DNA of 64,000 nucleotides, from contig JBOZIK010000001.1 in NCBI GenBank assembly GCA_051453625.1, forward strand, positions 17,689,140-17,753,139, in the 5' to 3' direction. The position numbers were made by a program, and so were the translations under genes. The notes below the pieces were generated by a model. It ran no database searches and was not told the DNA's origin. It saw only the letters and a program-made list of their open reading frames with translations. Positions 12,301-25,933 of the stretch are shown piece by piece (the stretch's first letter is position 1; each line of letters opens with the position of its first letter). Source of the DNA: Welwitschia mirabilis. Lineage: Eukaryota.

Positions 12301-13119
12301 CTTGCTGATACAAAATACTCTAGAATTTTTTAATAATTTCTATTTTATTCAACTAACTCACAAAACTATATAAAAAATGTTTTACTAATTTAGATTTCAA
12401 ACATGAATTCATAAGTAAGATATCATAAATATCTTTTTAAGATGATACGATAACAAGAGTTAAGGCATTAGAATATACAAAACTCAGTCTTAACAAGTGG
12501 CATCATCTAAATAAGTTTAATACTAATTAATGTTTATGAGTATGTATTAGCCTCAAAACATAGATAATTAAAATTAACTTAAAGAAATTTATTAAGTTTC
12601 ACTAATTATACTACCATGCAATACTTCTAACAAGCCATAGCATATCCATATCAAAATATTTTTGTAAAGCTATGAAAATGTTTTTCCACTATAATGTTTA
12701 ACTTTACTAGATAAAATTGTAAATAATAAAACTTTAAATTATAATATGTTTCTTCACTAAGTAAAATAAATCTTTGTTATCCATGTAGTATGTTTTAATT
12801 AAAAGCAAGGTTAATAATCAATATTAAAATAAATGACATTATAGTCTACAAGTAAACCATCAACAAAGATAATAGCATCACGTTTAAAATAATATAATCT
12901 TATTTATCATTTCTAGAATGAGTACCATTTATTACTTCTGCTAATATCTTTTGAGATTTAGAATTAAGGATCATAATATTTGTGCTCCTATTAAATGAAA
13001 GTTAAAACAATGACGTACATCCTCCAATAACTACCATTAGTTTTAAAATTTAAAGAAAGTATAGTTAGCATTTCTATTAAAAAAGGATCTATAATTTTAT
13101 TATCTTATTATGTCATTAC

Positions 13120-16100
13120 TAACTACTCACAATCGTATGCTGAGTTTCCTTCGCCAGGCCTCTTAGACCACTCTCTAAGTGTCCTTAATATCTATACAGG
13201 TCCCAAAGTAAAGCCTCCATTCATATTCTATAATATTTAATGTGAGGATGAAGAGTTCCTTAATATCGTCTTTTCTTCATGGAATGCCACTCCTNNNNNN
13301 NNNNNNNNNNNNNNNNNNNNNNNNNNNNNNNNNNNNNNNNNNNNNNNNNNNNNNNNNNNNNNNNNNNNNNNNNNNNNNNNNNNNNNNNNNNNNNNNNNNN
13401 NNNNNNNNNNNNNNNNNNNNNNNNNNNNNNNNNNNNNNNNNNNNNNNNNNNNNNNNNNNNNNNNNNNNNNNNNNNNNNNNNNNNNNNNNNNNNNNNNNNN
13501 NNNNNNNNNNNNNNNNNNNNNNNNNNNNNNNNNNNNNNNNNNNNNNNNNNNNNNNNNNNNNNNNNNNNNNNNNNNNNNNNNNNNNNNNNNNNNNNNNNNN
13601 NNNNNNNNNNNNNNNNNNNNNNNNNNNNNNNNNNNNNNNNNNNNNNNNNNNNNNNNNNNNNNNNNNNNNNNNNNNNNNNNNNNNNNNNNNNNNNNNNNNN
13701 NNNNNNNNNNNNNNNNNNNNGAGGTAAAGGTTTCAGATCTAGACAAGAATATTTTGGTTGTTGGTCCTTTAGTATCAGAACAATAGTTTCTAAGGTTATG
13801 TGAGCTAGTTTCAAATGATGAAATTAAAAAATCTTTCTTCTCAATAGGTAGTGATAAAGCTTCAGGGCTTGATGGTTTTTCTGCAAAGTTCTTTAAGTTA
13901 ACTTGGAACATCATAGAAAATGAGGTGTTTAAAGTAGGAAAAAAAATTTTCAATGATGTTAGAATGCCTCATAGTGTAAACTCCACGGCCATTGTTCTAG
14001 TTTCCAAATCAAATTCTCCCAATATGACTTCTGACTTTCACCCCATAGCTTGTTGTAANNNNNNNNNNNNNNNNNNNNNNNNNNNNNNNNNNNNNNNNNN
14101 NNNNNNNNNNNNNNNNNNNNNNNNNNNNNNNNNNNNNNNNNNATTCATCCCACATAGATCTATTATCCACAATATTTTTCTTGCCCACGAGCTAGTCCAG
14201 CACTATGCTAGGAGAAGAATCAGTCCAAGGTGTGCTATAAAGATAGATCTCAAAAAGGCTTATGATTCAGTTTCTTGGTAGTTTCTGCTCAATTTGATGG
14301 ATAAATTAGGTTTTCCTTTCATACTCATCAAATGGATTAAATCTTGTATCTCATCCCCTTTCTTTTCAATACTCATTAATGGAGGATTAGTAGGATACTT
14401 TTAAGGAAAAAGAGGCCTGAGGCAAGGAGATTCACTATCCCCTTACCTCTTTTGTATTATTATGGGGTATCTTTCTAGATCCCTAAGGAAGCTATCCCAT
14501 AATCTAGATTTTCACTTCCACCCTAAATGTAATAAGCTATAGATGACCCACTTATGCTATGTAGATGATCTCTTTGTATTTTATAAGGCTGATTTTAAAT
14601 CCATTAGTTTGATAAAACATACTCTTGATCATTATAAGATGGCTTCAGGTCTTAATGTAAACTNNNNNNNNNNNNNNNNNNNNNNNNNNNNNNNNNNNNN
14701 NNNNNNNNNNNNNNNNNNNNNNNNNNNNNNNNNNNNNNNNNNNNNNNNNNNNNNNNNNNNNNNTTATGTAATATCTTTCTAGATCTCTAGGGAAGCTATC
14801 CCATAATCTAGATTTTGCTTCCACCCCAAATGTAACAAGCTACAAATTACCCATCTATGCTATGCAAAAGATCTCTTTGTGTTTTGTAAGGCCAATTTTA
14901 AATCCATTAGTTTGATGAAACAAACTCTCAATCATTTTAAGATGGTTTCAGATCTTGAGGCAAACTTGATAAAAAGTCAAATATTTTTTGGTGGTATTAC
15001 CTAAGAGCAAAAAATTAGATTCCTTCAGATGATATCTTTTATAAAAGGAATCCTTTTGGTTAGATATCTGGAAGTCCCTCTAAATTCAAAAAAACTAACC
15101 AGTTTAGACTATCTTCCTCTCATTCTTAGGGCTACTAAGAAAATCAAATTTTGGACTATAAAATTTTTATCTTATGCCATAAGATGTGTGTTAGTCAAAG
15201 CCGTGTTTTAGACAATCTTCTCATTTTGGTATAGAGTTTTTATCCTTCCTAATAAGGTGCTGCATGAAATCAATATGATTTGTAGGAAATTTATATGGAT
15301 AGAAAACTCATAGAAATCAAAAAAATCCTTTATTTCTTGGTCTACTTTGGTAAAACCAAAAAAAACTAAAGGTCTGGGTTTTACTGATTTCATTTTAATG
15401 AATAAAGCCTTAATATCTATCCAACCTTGGGATTTAGCCCTCAAGAAATATTCTCTTTAGGTAAAATGATGTCATCAATTCTATATCAAAGGAGTAAATA
15501 TTTTACAATATCAAGTTGAGTATAAGACCTCCTAGATTCTAAAAAAAATTTTGAAACTTAAACCTCTATTAAGTAAGTATGTGATGATTTTTGATAAGGC
15601 ATCAATCTAGAAGGATTCAGGCACCCTTGTCTCCACAACATTAGTCTATCTTCATTTAAGTGGACATCATTCAAAATGGGGATGGTGGGACTTAGTCTGG
15701 AATAGATTTATGGTACCAAAGTTTTCCTTTATTGCTAGCTGGCATGTAATAATAGGTTGGCTACTAAAAAAAAACCCTCAAATTTGGGATCCGAACATAT
15801 TTGTATTGTATTTTCTACAGTTCAGAAGATGAAATAAGAGAATACATCCTATTTGAATGATCTCATGCCCACCTTCTTAAAATAGCATTTAGCAAGATTA
15901 GTCTTACTTCTTTAGCTCATCCTTAAAAGTAGATAATTATATGATCAAAAATGAAATTCAAATCAAGAAATACTTAGCATAGTATAATTAAATTTCTTAT
16001 AATAATTTATATCCATCATATATGAAAAGAAAGGAATGAAAAGATTTTCAAGTAAAAGGGTCTCCAGACTATCCAAATCATTAAAGAAATTAAGGTGCAA

Positions 16101-16813
16101 CTTCCATCTAAACTATTGTCAATTAAAAGAATGAAAGACTTACTAAAAAACAGAGTGTGATGTTAATAAGTGGGTATCTCCCTTCATTTCATTGGCAAAA
16201 ATGGTTAATATTTTCATTTGATTAGAGAGCATTTTGATGACTATGATTTAGACTTTTATAGCTCTAGCCATCTCTTTTACTTCTCATGTTTTTATCAAGA
16301 ATGTATAACCCATCTAGATGCATATTTAATATTCTTTTAAGATCTTAGCATTGGAACTCCTCTGGTTTGCTGATGGATCTCATGTTCATGTACTTCAAGG
16401 TGGGGGGGCCTAGTATCTCTAGCAAAATGAAGGATATACATCAGACTACAAGCTATTTTCATTTGCAGTTCTTGGCAAGTTTGAAGTAAATCAAATGATC
16501 ATATTAAAAGATGCATAGAAATCTTATGTGTTTACCAGACAATGATGTTGCTTAGGAAGCAAGATTCCCCTTTTGGAAGAAGGTGTCCAACTTTCTCTTT
16601 TTTTGCTTATCCACAACCTATAGATCTGGAGGAGTAAGCCCTCATATAGCCTATCATTGCTTAGCATACTACTCTAGAGTATAGGGCCTCTGATCTCTGA
16701 ACATTGATTTATGCATCTAGATGCGATCCTTCTAAAGAGATGTGTTATTCAAGTTTTCAAGAAACACTAGTTATCAAAGGAATTCAACTAGGTTTTTTTA
16801 GATGTAGCAAGTA
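13120..16813 (+). mobile_element. L1-clade LINE, 5'-truncated; degenerate ORF2 (endonuclease C-terminus, RT, zf-RVT) plus partial 3'UTR
   Basis: AEFPSPGLLDHS (PG.SDH endonuclease motif) and KPPFIFYNI ~13140-13240; DKASGLDGF, DFHPIACC, AIKIDLKKAYDSVSW, GLRQGDSLSPYLF (~14415), THLCYVDDL (~14545), YLEVPL, KGLG, VPKFSFI (~15715). Many in-frame stops. Confidence 0.95.
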
Positions 16814-18029
16814 NNNNNNNNNNNNNNNNNNNNNNNNNNNNNNNNNNNNNNNNNNNNNNNNNNNNNNNNNNNNNNNNNNNNNNNNNNNNNNNNNNNNNNN
16901 NNNNNNNNNNNNNTCTTTTAAGAGCTTTGAAAGGAAGAAAGAATAGTTATAATAGTTCACCCTCATGTGTTTGAACCTTTGCAAACTTTTGACAAGAAAA
17001 TTATAAGGTATTTTATTACATGTAAAGATGATTTCACTATAAGGAATTAGGCTTATTTTCTAAAAATAAGGTTACTGCATTTTACATATTTAAAGATTTT
17101 ATGAACTTTATAAAGAATTAATTAGAAAATTGTTAAGAAAATAGGAGATCATATCACCTCTCTACATCTAATGAATGTTGTGAGAAAGAAAGATTAAGAA
17201 TAATTAAGATAATAGCTAAATAAGTACATTTTATAATTCAACAAAATGAAGTATCAAAATTCTTATGAATTGAGTTTATTAATATAGACATCTATGTAAT
17301 TAATATATCCACTAACATTGCATTAGAAGGTGGTACTACATTAAGATAATGAAGTGGCATAGAAATTTATTACATCTTACAACCATTTAAAGTATCTAGT
17401 CATTTTTCTTGTTTCTTAATGTCAAGAGAAAAGTATCAAGTTAGATTCAAAATCTTATAATTTTATTATGCCATGATGTAAAGTTCATTACATGAGTTAT
17501 CAACTTTGGGATTTGATAAGAAAGAAATTTATTTCTTATAAAGTAACTTGTGATTATACTAAAGTAATGAAATTATTCTTCCAACATGTGGCAAAGTTGA
17601 ATAAAATCTCATGATTTATTATGGCTAGTAGAGATTTCAATATCATGAATGTATTTTAGAGGAATGTATGGGAAAAACTATGATGCAAGCTAAGGTATAC
17701 CTTAGCATTTCATCTATAGACATTTAGATAAATAGAGGTGATGAGTTATACCCTAAGAAATTTATTAAGATGTTTTTTCAAAGAATAACCAACTTAACTC
17801 AAGGAAAATATTGATCAAGAATAGTCCACATATAATAATTACATTCATCATATGACTAGTAAACAGTATTTTATGTGTTGCATGAAGGTCATCCACAAGT
17901 TCCTAGAATTGTGGATAGGAAATTAATGAATTTTTTTATAATCTTGTAGATTTTCAACAACAAGTGTCATAGAGTTTTTAAATATTAATTCAATTTAAAT
18001 GTTTTAAAAAAAGTGTATAGCATTTTATG

Positions 18030-19213
18030 AAGAAATTAAGGTGCAGCTTCTATCTAGATTGTTGTCAATTAAAAGAATGAAAGACTTACTAAAAAACAAA
18101 GTGTGGTGTTAATCAGTCATGGGTAGAAATGGTTAATATTTTTGTTTGATTTGAAAGAGTTTTAATGGCTATGATTTAGGATTTTCCAACTTCAGTCATT
18201 TCTTTTGCTCATATCTAAGGTTATTTCAAGGTCTCAGCATCAGAACTTCCCTATTTTGCTGGAAAATTCCATGTTCCTCTACTTCAAGGTGGGGGGCTGG
18301 TATCTCTAGTAGAGTCAAGGATATACATTAGGTCCAAGTTGCTTTCATTTGTAGTTCTTAGTAAGCTTAAAGTAAATTAGATGATCATATTAAAAGATGC
18401 ATAGAAATCTTGTGTGTTTGCCAAACAATGGCATTGATTAGGAAGCAGGCTCTTCCTTTTGGAAGAAGATGCTCAACTTGCTCTTTTTCTGCTTATCCAT
18501 AGCCTACAGATCCATAGGAGTAAGTCCTTCATATAGCCTATCATTGCTCAACATACTACTCTAGAGTGCAGGGCCTCTGATCTCTAAACATTGATTTATG
18601 CATCTAGATGTGATGTAAGATTTTTTTCTATGTAAGACCAGAGTTTTAGTCCTATTTTGGTCATTCTATGAATTTTTTCTTTCCATACGTCTTTGTTGTT
18701 GTCCTCCCCTTTGGAATGAATAGGACTAGCCTATTTCAGCCTTCTAAAGAGATGTGTCTTTCAAGTTTTCAAGACATACTAGTTATTAAAGGAATTCAAC
18801 CAGTTTTTTTTTTCAGATGTAGTAAGTGGTAGAGTGGAGGCATTTTAAAGATGGATGAAGTACCTACATGTTTCACATTCTCAATAAGAATCATAAAGCA
18901 AAGGCAGTATTAGGCTTTTGGTACTGCTATCCTGAGCCATTGAGTCCCCATTTATCTAGGTTTTAATCAAATTTATCATGTATATTTTTTAGTCTTTTTT
19001 CTTTAGGATGCAAATTGGATCTCTTATAAAATATCTAATCCATTCTCAGTTTTATTGGAGTGATGTATTACATTTCCCAGATGCTTAAAGAAGGGAAAGA
19101 TTTAAGACCCAGCTGTTTCCAGCCTGATGCAATTCCACTTGATTTTGTAATAAGTTAGCTTTTATCATCTTATAGTAATGAAATTCCTCAAATTTTCATT
19201 CGAAAAAAAAAAA
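18030..19213 (+). mobile_element. Second copy of the same LINE 3' end (ORF2 tail, ~1 kb 3'UTR, polyA)
   Basis: 18030-18826 aligns to 16084-16812 with reciprocal indels; continues to AATGAAA...A11 at 19203-19213. Confidence 0.85.
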
Positions 19214-19732
19214 CTCATAATCAAGGCTATAATTACTACTACAGAAAATATTTGAAAGAAGTGTAATGGTCATTTTTATTAAAGTCAAAATTCTCTAATA
19301 ATTTGTATAATTAATCTAATTTAAAGTAAAACATATTTTCATTAATAAAAATAAAATTTTATATCTAATTATAATAATTTGAAGAATAAAAACCTGTTAG
19401 GGACTAAAAGAAGTGTAATGGACATTTTAACTAGTAGAAAAAAATCTTAAAGGATTTCATCTAAAAAAATCTTATTCTATATTTATAGATAAGTTACCAA
19501 TTTAATAAGCTAAGAGAATTAAGAAGTTCAATTAATGTTTTATCTTTATAAAAACACAAAAATCCCTTTGATATTTCAAGGTATCTATTAATAAAAAAGA
19601 AACAACTACTAGTGAAGAGTTAATATTTCAAGTTTTGGAAGGCCTTTAAAGAAGATTTATATTAATCTAAGGTCTAGAAAAAGAATTCTAAGTGAGGTTT
19701 TGCAATTCTTAAGAGATTATTTTTAACTATGT

Positions 19733-19970
19733 CATTAATACATCATAGTATTTTACCTATATTAAATTAGATTTCCATTGAAATTAACCTTCAAGGTTGA
19801 TACCAACTAAAAATTATGGTATGAAAAAATAATGATAGAAGATCATTATAACAAACCACATTATTGATACATCATAATATTTTGCTTATATGAAATTAGA
19901 TTTTCATTGAATTTAAAATTCAAGATTAAATCTAAGTAAATATTATGGTATGGGAGAATAATGGTAGAAA
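19733..19970. repeat. Diverged tandem duplication, ~129-bp period, no gap
   Basis: ATACATCATAGTATTTTACCTATATTAAATTAGATTTCCATTGAA...ATTATGGTATG recurs as ATACATCATAATATTTTGCTTATATGAAATTAGATTTTCATTGAA...ATTATGGTATG. Confidence 0.8.
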
Positions 19971-20049
19971 ATTCAAATTAATAGAGGTATAATTTTTACT
20001 TATAAAAGAATGACAATATTCTAGTGATTATCTTTCAAACCTTTATGAG

Positions 20050-23000
20050 GGATAAATTTAGTCTAATTGCTAAAATAATTTTATTAGTAAATTTCTATTA
20101 TATATAAATCATTACTACATTAATAGAGTGAAGACTTGATGTGATCAAGTTCAGAAGATTTGAATTAGATATGATATCATTCCACTTCAAGATGATATGT
20201 TACATTCCATGTTTAGTATTTTAGAAGATAAAGTTTACGTTCTTTTTAATGTTTCATATTTGGTTTATAATTAAGATTTAGTTTTTATAGAGTATAGACT
20301 CTTATACTTTGAAAGGATATAACTTTCATGTTCATTTTTAGCTAAAAATCCATATTTGAAAATTTTCAATATGAATTCACGCAATATGTTATAGGTGCTC
20401 TTATAGTAATTATAAAGTTAAGTAATCTAGTGATGTATCAAACTAATGTGTTTACATCTGAGAGCTATATTCATGTATATTTAAAAATTTTTAAAATCAA
20501 AGACATCATTTAGAGTCCATTTGTAGGGATCATTCCACATTTCTTATTGGATTATTTAGTGTCCTATTATAGAAATTATTTTCTTAGTTAGTAATGATGG
20601 CTTTAGTATGATCAAAGTAAAATAAGATAGGTTTTTGTAATAATTTGACAACTCCTCTCGCATCATCTATTTGAGTTAAAATATCTTCATGTCACTTAGT
20701 AGTATAGTCTACATAAACCAATATATATATAGGTATCCAAAATATGGCAAAAATGATTTAATACAATCTATATCCTTAACATCAAATATATTAATCTCAA
20801 GAATAGGATAAAGGGTCGTCATATCTCTCTATGTAATACTATTTAAGACATAATCTTTATTATAGAATTTATAATATTCACATGTATCTTTTAAAATAGT
20901 TAGTCAATAAAGATGAAATTAAAGAATTTTAAGAATTTGTTTTAAGTAGAAATGTAGCCTCTACATACTCCATCGCATGTGAAATTTAAGATATTTAAAG
21001 TTTTATACTATGAAAATGCACCTTTAAATGATTTCATTATATTATAAATTAAAAAGAGAAGGATCATTTGAAAATTATATATTTACTTCNNNNNNNNNNN
21101 NNNNNNNNNNNNNNNNNNNNNNNNNNNNNNNNNNNNNNNNNNNNNNNNNNNNNNNNNNNNNNNNNNNNNNNNNNNNNNNNNNNNNNNNNAGGATATAACT
21201 TTCATGTTTATTTTTAGTAAAAAATCCATATTTGAAAATTTTCAATATGAAATTTATGCAATATATTATAGGTGCTCTTATAGTAATTATAAAGTTAAGT
21301 AATCTAGTAATGTATCAAACTAATGTGTTTACATCTAAGAGCTATATTCATGTATATTTAAAAATTTTTAAAATCAAAGACACCATTTAGCATCCATTTG
21401 TATGGATCATTCCACATTTCTCATTAGATTATTTAGTGTCCTCTTATAGAAATGATTTTATTAATGACTAATGATGGCTTTAATATGATTAAAGTAAAAT
21501 AAGATATGTTTTTGTAATAATTTGATAACAATCTAGCATCATCTAGTTGACTTCGAATATCTTCATATTGCTTAGTAGTATAGTCTATATAAACCAATAT
21601 ATATAGGTATCCAAAAGATGGAAAAAATGATTTAATAGAATCTATACCCTTAACATCAAATATATTAATCTTAAGAATAGGAGAAATGAGCATCATATCT
21701 CTCTATGTAATACTATTTTAGACATAACATTCATTATAGAATTTATAATATTCACATGTATCTTTTAAAATAGTTAGTCAATAAAGTTGAAATTCAAGAA
21801 TTTTGAGAATTTTTTTTAAGTAGAAACATAGCCTCTACATACTCCATTGCATGTGAAATTTAAGATATTTAAAGTTTTATACTATGAAAATGCACCTTTA
21901 AATGATTTGATTAGATTATTAAATGAAAAGAAAAGGATCATTTGAAAATTATATATTTACTTCATATAAGAATGGCTTTTTTCATTTTAATTATTCTAGT
22001 GATCATGTAGCATATAAGTAATAATATAATTATATGCATCAACACACCAACCTTTCTCTTATAGATCTAGAAGATATGCATTAAGAAATGAGTTGTTTAT
22101 GGAAATTAGATCTAAAGGATATGTGAAGTAAGGTCTAATGTGAGAAAAGTGATTAAGAACTACATTTTATTTCTTTTTTGAATGATTGATTTAAACATTA
22201 AATTCTTAAAAAATCACAATCAACCTTATTAATTAATATTTAGAAACTTTCTTATCTAATAACTATTACAGATTTAAACTCTTAGTAAAGATATTAGTGT
22301 TTTTTATTTTCATTAAAAATATTATTAATAAATCATTTTTAAATTTTTTTGTAATTGATGATATTATAATGTTTTTCTTGCATAATAAATAACATATATT
22401 TTTTTATTTTTTTATTATTCTAAGGCTACTCCTATAGGATAATTACTTATGTCATATGATAACTCAAATTAAAGAGACTAATTAAAAGATTGTAAGATCG
22501 GAGATGAAGTAAAATGATGTTTTAAATCTTTAAACTCATTCTTACATTCAACATTTTGGTGATAATAAAAATCTTTATCAACAAGATTAGTAAGGGTATT
22601 TGATAATTTAAAGACATTTTAAATGAATATTTTATAATTAAAAACATGTCCAAGAAAAGATCTAACATATTTAACACTTCCAAAAAAAAGTAAAATGAGT
22701 GATATGTTTAATTTTTGCAAGGTCAATTTTTATCTCATTCATAGAAATTACATGTGTTTATAATATGCCTTTTATAGTTACATACTTACATTTTTTTCTA
22801 ATGAAGAATAATATTTTTTCCTTCACAATGCACTAACAAAAAAAAAAAAAAATTACTAGTACAAAAAATAATGAAAATTTTTACTAAAAAATAAAAGTTC
22901 ATCTATGAAAACTTTAACTAATTCTTTAGTCTATTTACTTAGATTAGAACCATGGTGTTGTATACTAAGTTGATGATCTTCCATTAACTAATATTTAAAA

Positions 23001-25620
23001 CCTCAACATCCTATAATAAAATATTAACCTTCTATTAAATTGGTTTTACAATTATGATATCCCATTTTTTTATTATTTTTCTTACTGCATAATTATATAG
23101 GCATAGATTTTCTTTTTTCATCAAATTATTCTTAGAACATAAAAATTCTTTTCTTCTTCTCTTCCCTTGTATTAGTCCAAAACACTTCTAACAACTAATA
23201 GGATACTTATATTATAGTTATAACATACCCCCACATTAAAAAAAAAAATTTACATTATTATGTTATAGAAAGTATTTATATTAGAATTTAAGATAAAGTG
23301 TACAATTATGATGTTATTAAAGGAGCATAAGTGACTAAAAAACTACACCTACTCCCTTCATTGTGCATTAGTAGCCCCATTAAAAATGAAAACTATGTTT
23401 CTCTTAGTGATGTGGGAACTAAAGGATTATTCTCCTCATTACATAACTTTCCCTATTTATAAAGAGAGAATTAATGATTTGTGAATACGTATTAACTAGT
23501 AAATACCATTTATTACAATCCAAGTGCTGCAACCCTAGAAAATAATGGTTTGACATAGAAAGTGCCACTACTAAATGTCTTTTTGTGTAGAATGTCATTT
23601 AAAATCTAAAAGTAAATGCTATGATGACATATGCATCTCATTAATATTAAATAATATGATTACAAAATTACTAGTCATAAGATATTTATAGATGTCATGA
23701 TACCAGGGCGACTTAGTAGTAGTGGAAATTAAAGTTTTCCCTCCTACATACTTACTAAAAAAGGAGTATTCTAAGGTCAAATTAACAAGATAGATATTTC
23801 TTTTACAAGATTTTAATCTTGAAATCATAAAATAATGTGAAGAATGAGATATAGCCATAATAGAGAGGTATAGAAAATTAAAAAGCAATTTTACTCACAA
23901 CCTTAACTCAAATGACCTATATAATCCATAATATTATAATAAAGAAACAAATTAACATCTCATTCTGCCCCTGTCATTTTGCATATGAATAATATTAGAT
24001 AGNNNNNNNNNNNNNNNNNNNNNNNNNNNNNNNNNNNNNNNNNNNNNNNNNNNNNNNNNNNNNNNNNNNNNNNNNNNNNNNNNNNNNNNNNNNNNNNNNN
24101 NNGTCCAAGATAAGATCTAACATATTTAACACTTCTAGAAAAAGTAAAATGAGTGATTTGTTTAATTTTAGCAAGGTCAATTTTTATCTCATTCATAGAA
24201 ATTACATGTGTTTGTAATATGCATTTTATAGTTATATAATTACATTTTTTTTCCCAAGGAAGAATAATATTTTTTTCCTTCATAATGCACAAAACAAAAT
24301 TTTACTAGTACAAAAAAAAAAATGAAAATTTCATCTATGAAAACTTTAACTAATTCTTTAGTCTATTTACTTAGATTAGAACCATGGTGTTGTTTACTAA
24401 GTTCATGATCTTCTATTAACTACTATTTAAAACCACAACATCCTATAATAAACTGATAACCTTCCATTAAATTAGTTTTAGAATTATTATATCCTATTTT
24501 TTATTATTTTACTTACTGTATAATTATATAGGCATATATTTTCTTTTTTTCCATCAAATTATTTGTACAACAAAAATGTTTTTCTTCTTCTCCTCCCTTG
24601 TATTAGTCCAAAACACTTATAAAACAACTAATACGGTACTTATATTATAGTTATGACATATCCCCACATTAAAAAAATTACATTATTATTTCAGAGAAAA
24701 TATCTAATTAGAATTTAAGCTAAAGTGTACAATTATGATGTTATTAAAGGATCATAAGTGACTAAAAAACTACACCTACTCCCTTCATTGTGCATTTGTA
24801 GCCCCATTAAAAATGAAAAACTATGTTTCTTTTGGTGACATAAGAACTAAAGGATTATTCTCCCCATTGCATAACTTTCCCTATTTATAAAGAGAGAATT
24901 AATGATTTGTAAATACCTATTAACTAGTAAATACCATTTATTACAATCCAAATGCTGTAACCCTAGAAAATAATGGTTTGACATAGAAAGTGCCACCACT
25001 AAATGTTTTTTTGTGTAGAATGTCATTTAAAATCTAAAAGTAAATGTTATGATGACATATGCATCTCATTAATATTGGATAATGTGATTACAAAATTTCT
25101 AGTCATAAGATATTTATAGATGTCATGATATTAGGGTGACTTAGTAGTAGTGGAAATTAAAGTTTGCACTCCTATTTACTTACTAAAAAAGGAGTATTCT
25201 AAGGCCAAAACAAGATAGTTATTGCTTTTACAAGATTTTAATCTTAAAATCATAAAATAATGTGGAGAATGAGATATAGCCATAATAGAGAGTTATAGAA
25301 AATTAAAAAGGAATTTTACTCAAAACCTCAATTCAAATTACCTGTATAATCCATAATATTATAATAAATAGACAAATTAACACCTCATTCTCCACCTATT
25401 ATTTTGCATATGAATAATACTAGGTAGTAGTATTTATTCATATAACTTACTATAATAGAAGTGATATTAGTTAATTAGCAGTGGCTAACATGAATATCAA
25501 AATCATTATATGAAAGCTTATCATTCCCATTACATATTCTAAAGGTATTAACAGATCACCCATAAGGGTATACTACTAACCCTACTCTACAATCATGGGT
25601 TAGGAAATATTTGTTATTAA
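20050..25620 (-). mobile_element. Degenerate Athila-like Ty3/Gypsy pol remnants (protease, RT, RNase H, integrase), rearranged and with gap duplications
   Basis: ORF 21433-21696 ILKINIFDVKGIDSIKSFFPSFGYLYILVYIDY is the Athila integrase core (IFDVWGIDFMGPFPSSFG..YILVAVDY). ORF 23960-24292 KEKNIILPWEKKC..IDLAKIKQI..SVKYVRSYLG is the RT C-terminus. ORF 23619-23888 contains the PWYHDIYKYL linker. Confidence 0.9.
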
Positions 25621-25780
25621 ATTTCACATTAACCATGTTTCAATATTAAATAAAGCCAATAATTACTTTGAAATATTATTCATTTTATTATTTTATTTTT
25701 AATTGAAAATAACATTGCAATCTTATTTTTGAATTTATTCAATATCCTACTCCTTTTCTTTATATATTAGGATGCTACTT

Positions 25781-25933
25781 TATAGTCTCCAAACTAGTCT
25801 TAGTCAGAATCATTGTATCTTGTAGTGAATCTATAGATACCAAATTAGTTCTAGAGAGAAACTTAACATCCTCTAGTAATTCTATAGAAGTAAAATTAGT
25901 CTTAAATAGAATCCTAACACCCTATAAGACACT
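25781..25933. repeat. Three degenerate 51-bp tandem units
   Basis: Units start with TATAG at 25781, 25832 and 25883 and share AAA(C/T)TAGT and AGAA at the same offsets. Confidence 0.7.

Noticed and set aside
9400-13100. Possible DNA-transposon remnants here (also 16914-18029 and 40540-42400)
   Set aside because: No diagnostic motif, TIR or TSD that I could verify.
13125-19222. ACTCACAATC (13125-13134) / ACTCATAATC (19213-19222) as the TSD of a single 6-kb LINE
   Set aside because: The left copy appears to be in-frame LINE coding sequence (NYSQSYAEF), and the span includes a gap, unrelated DNA and a duplicated 3' end. Possible, but not supportable.
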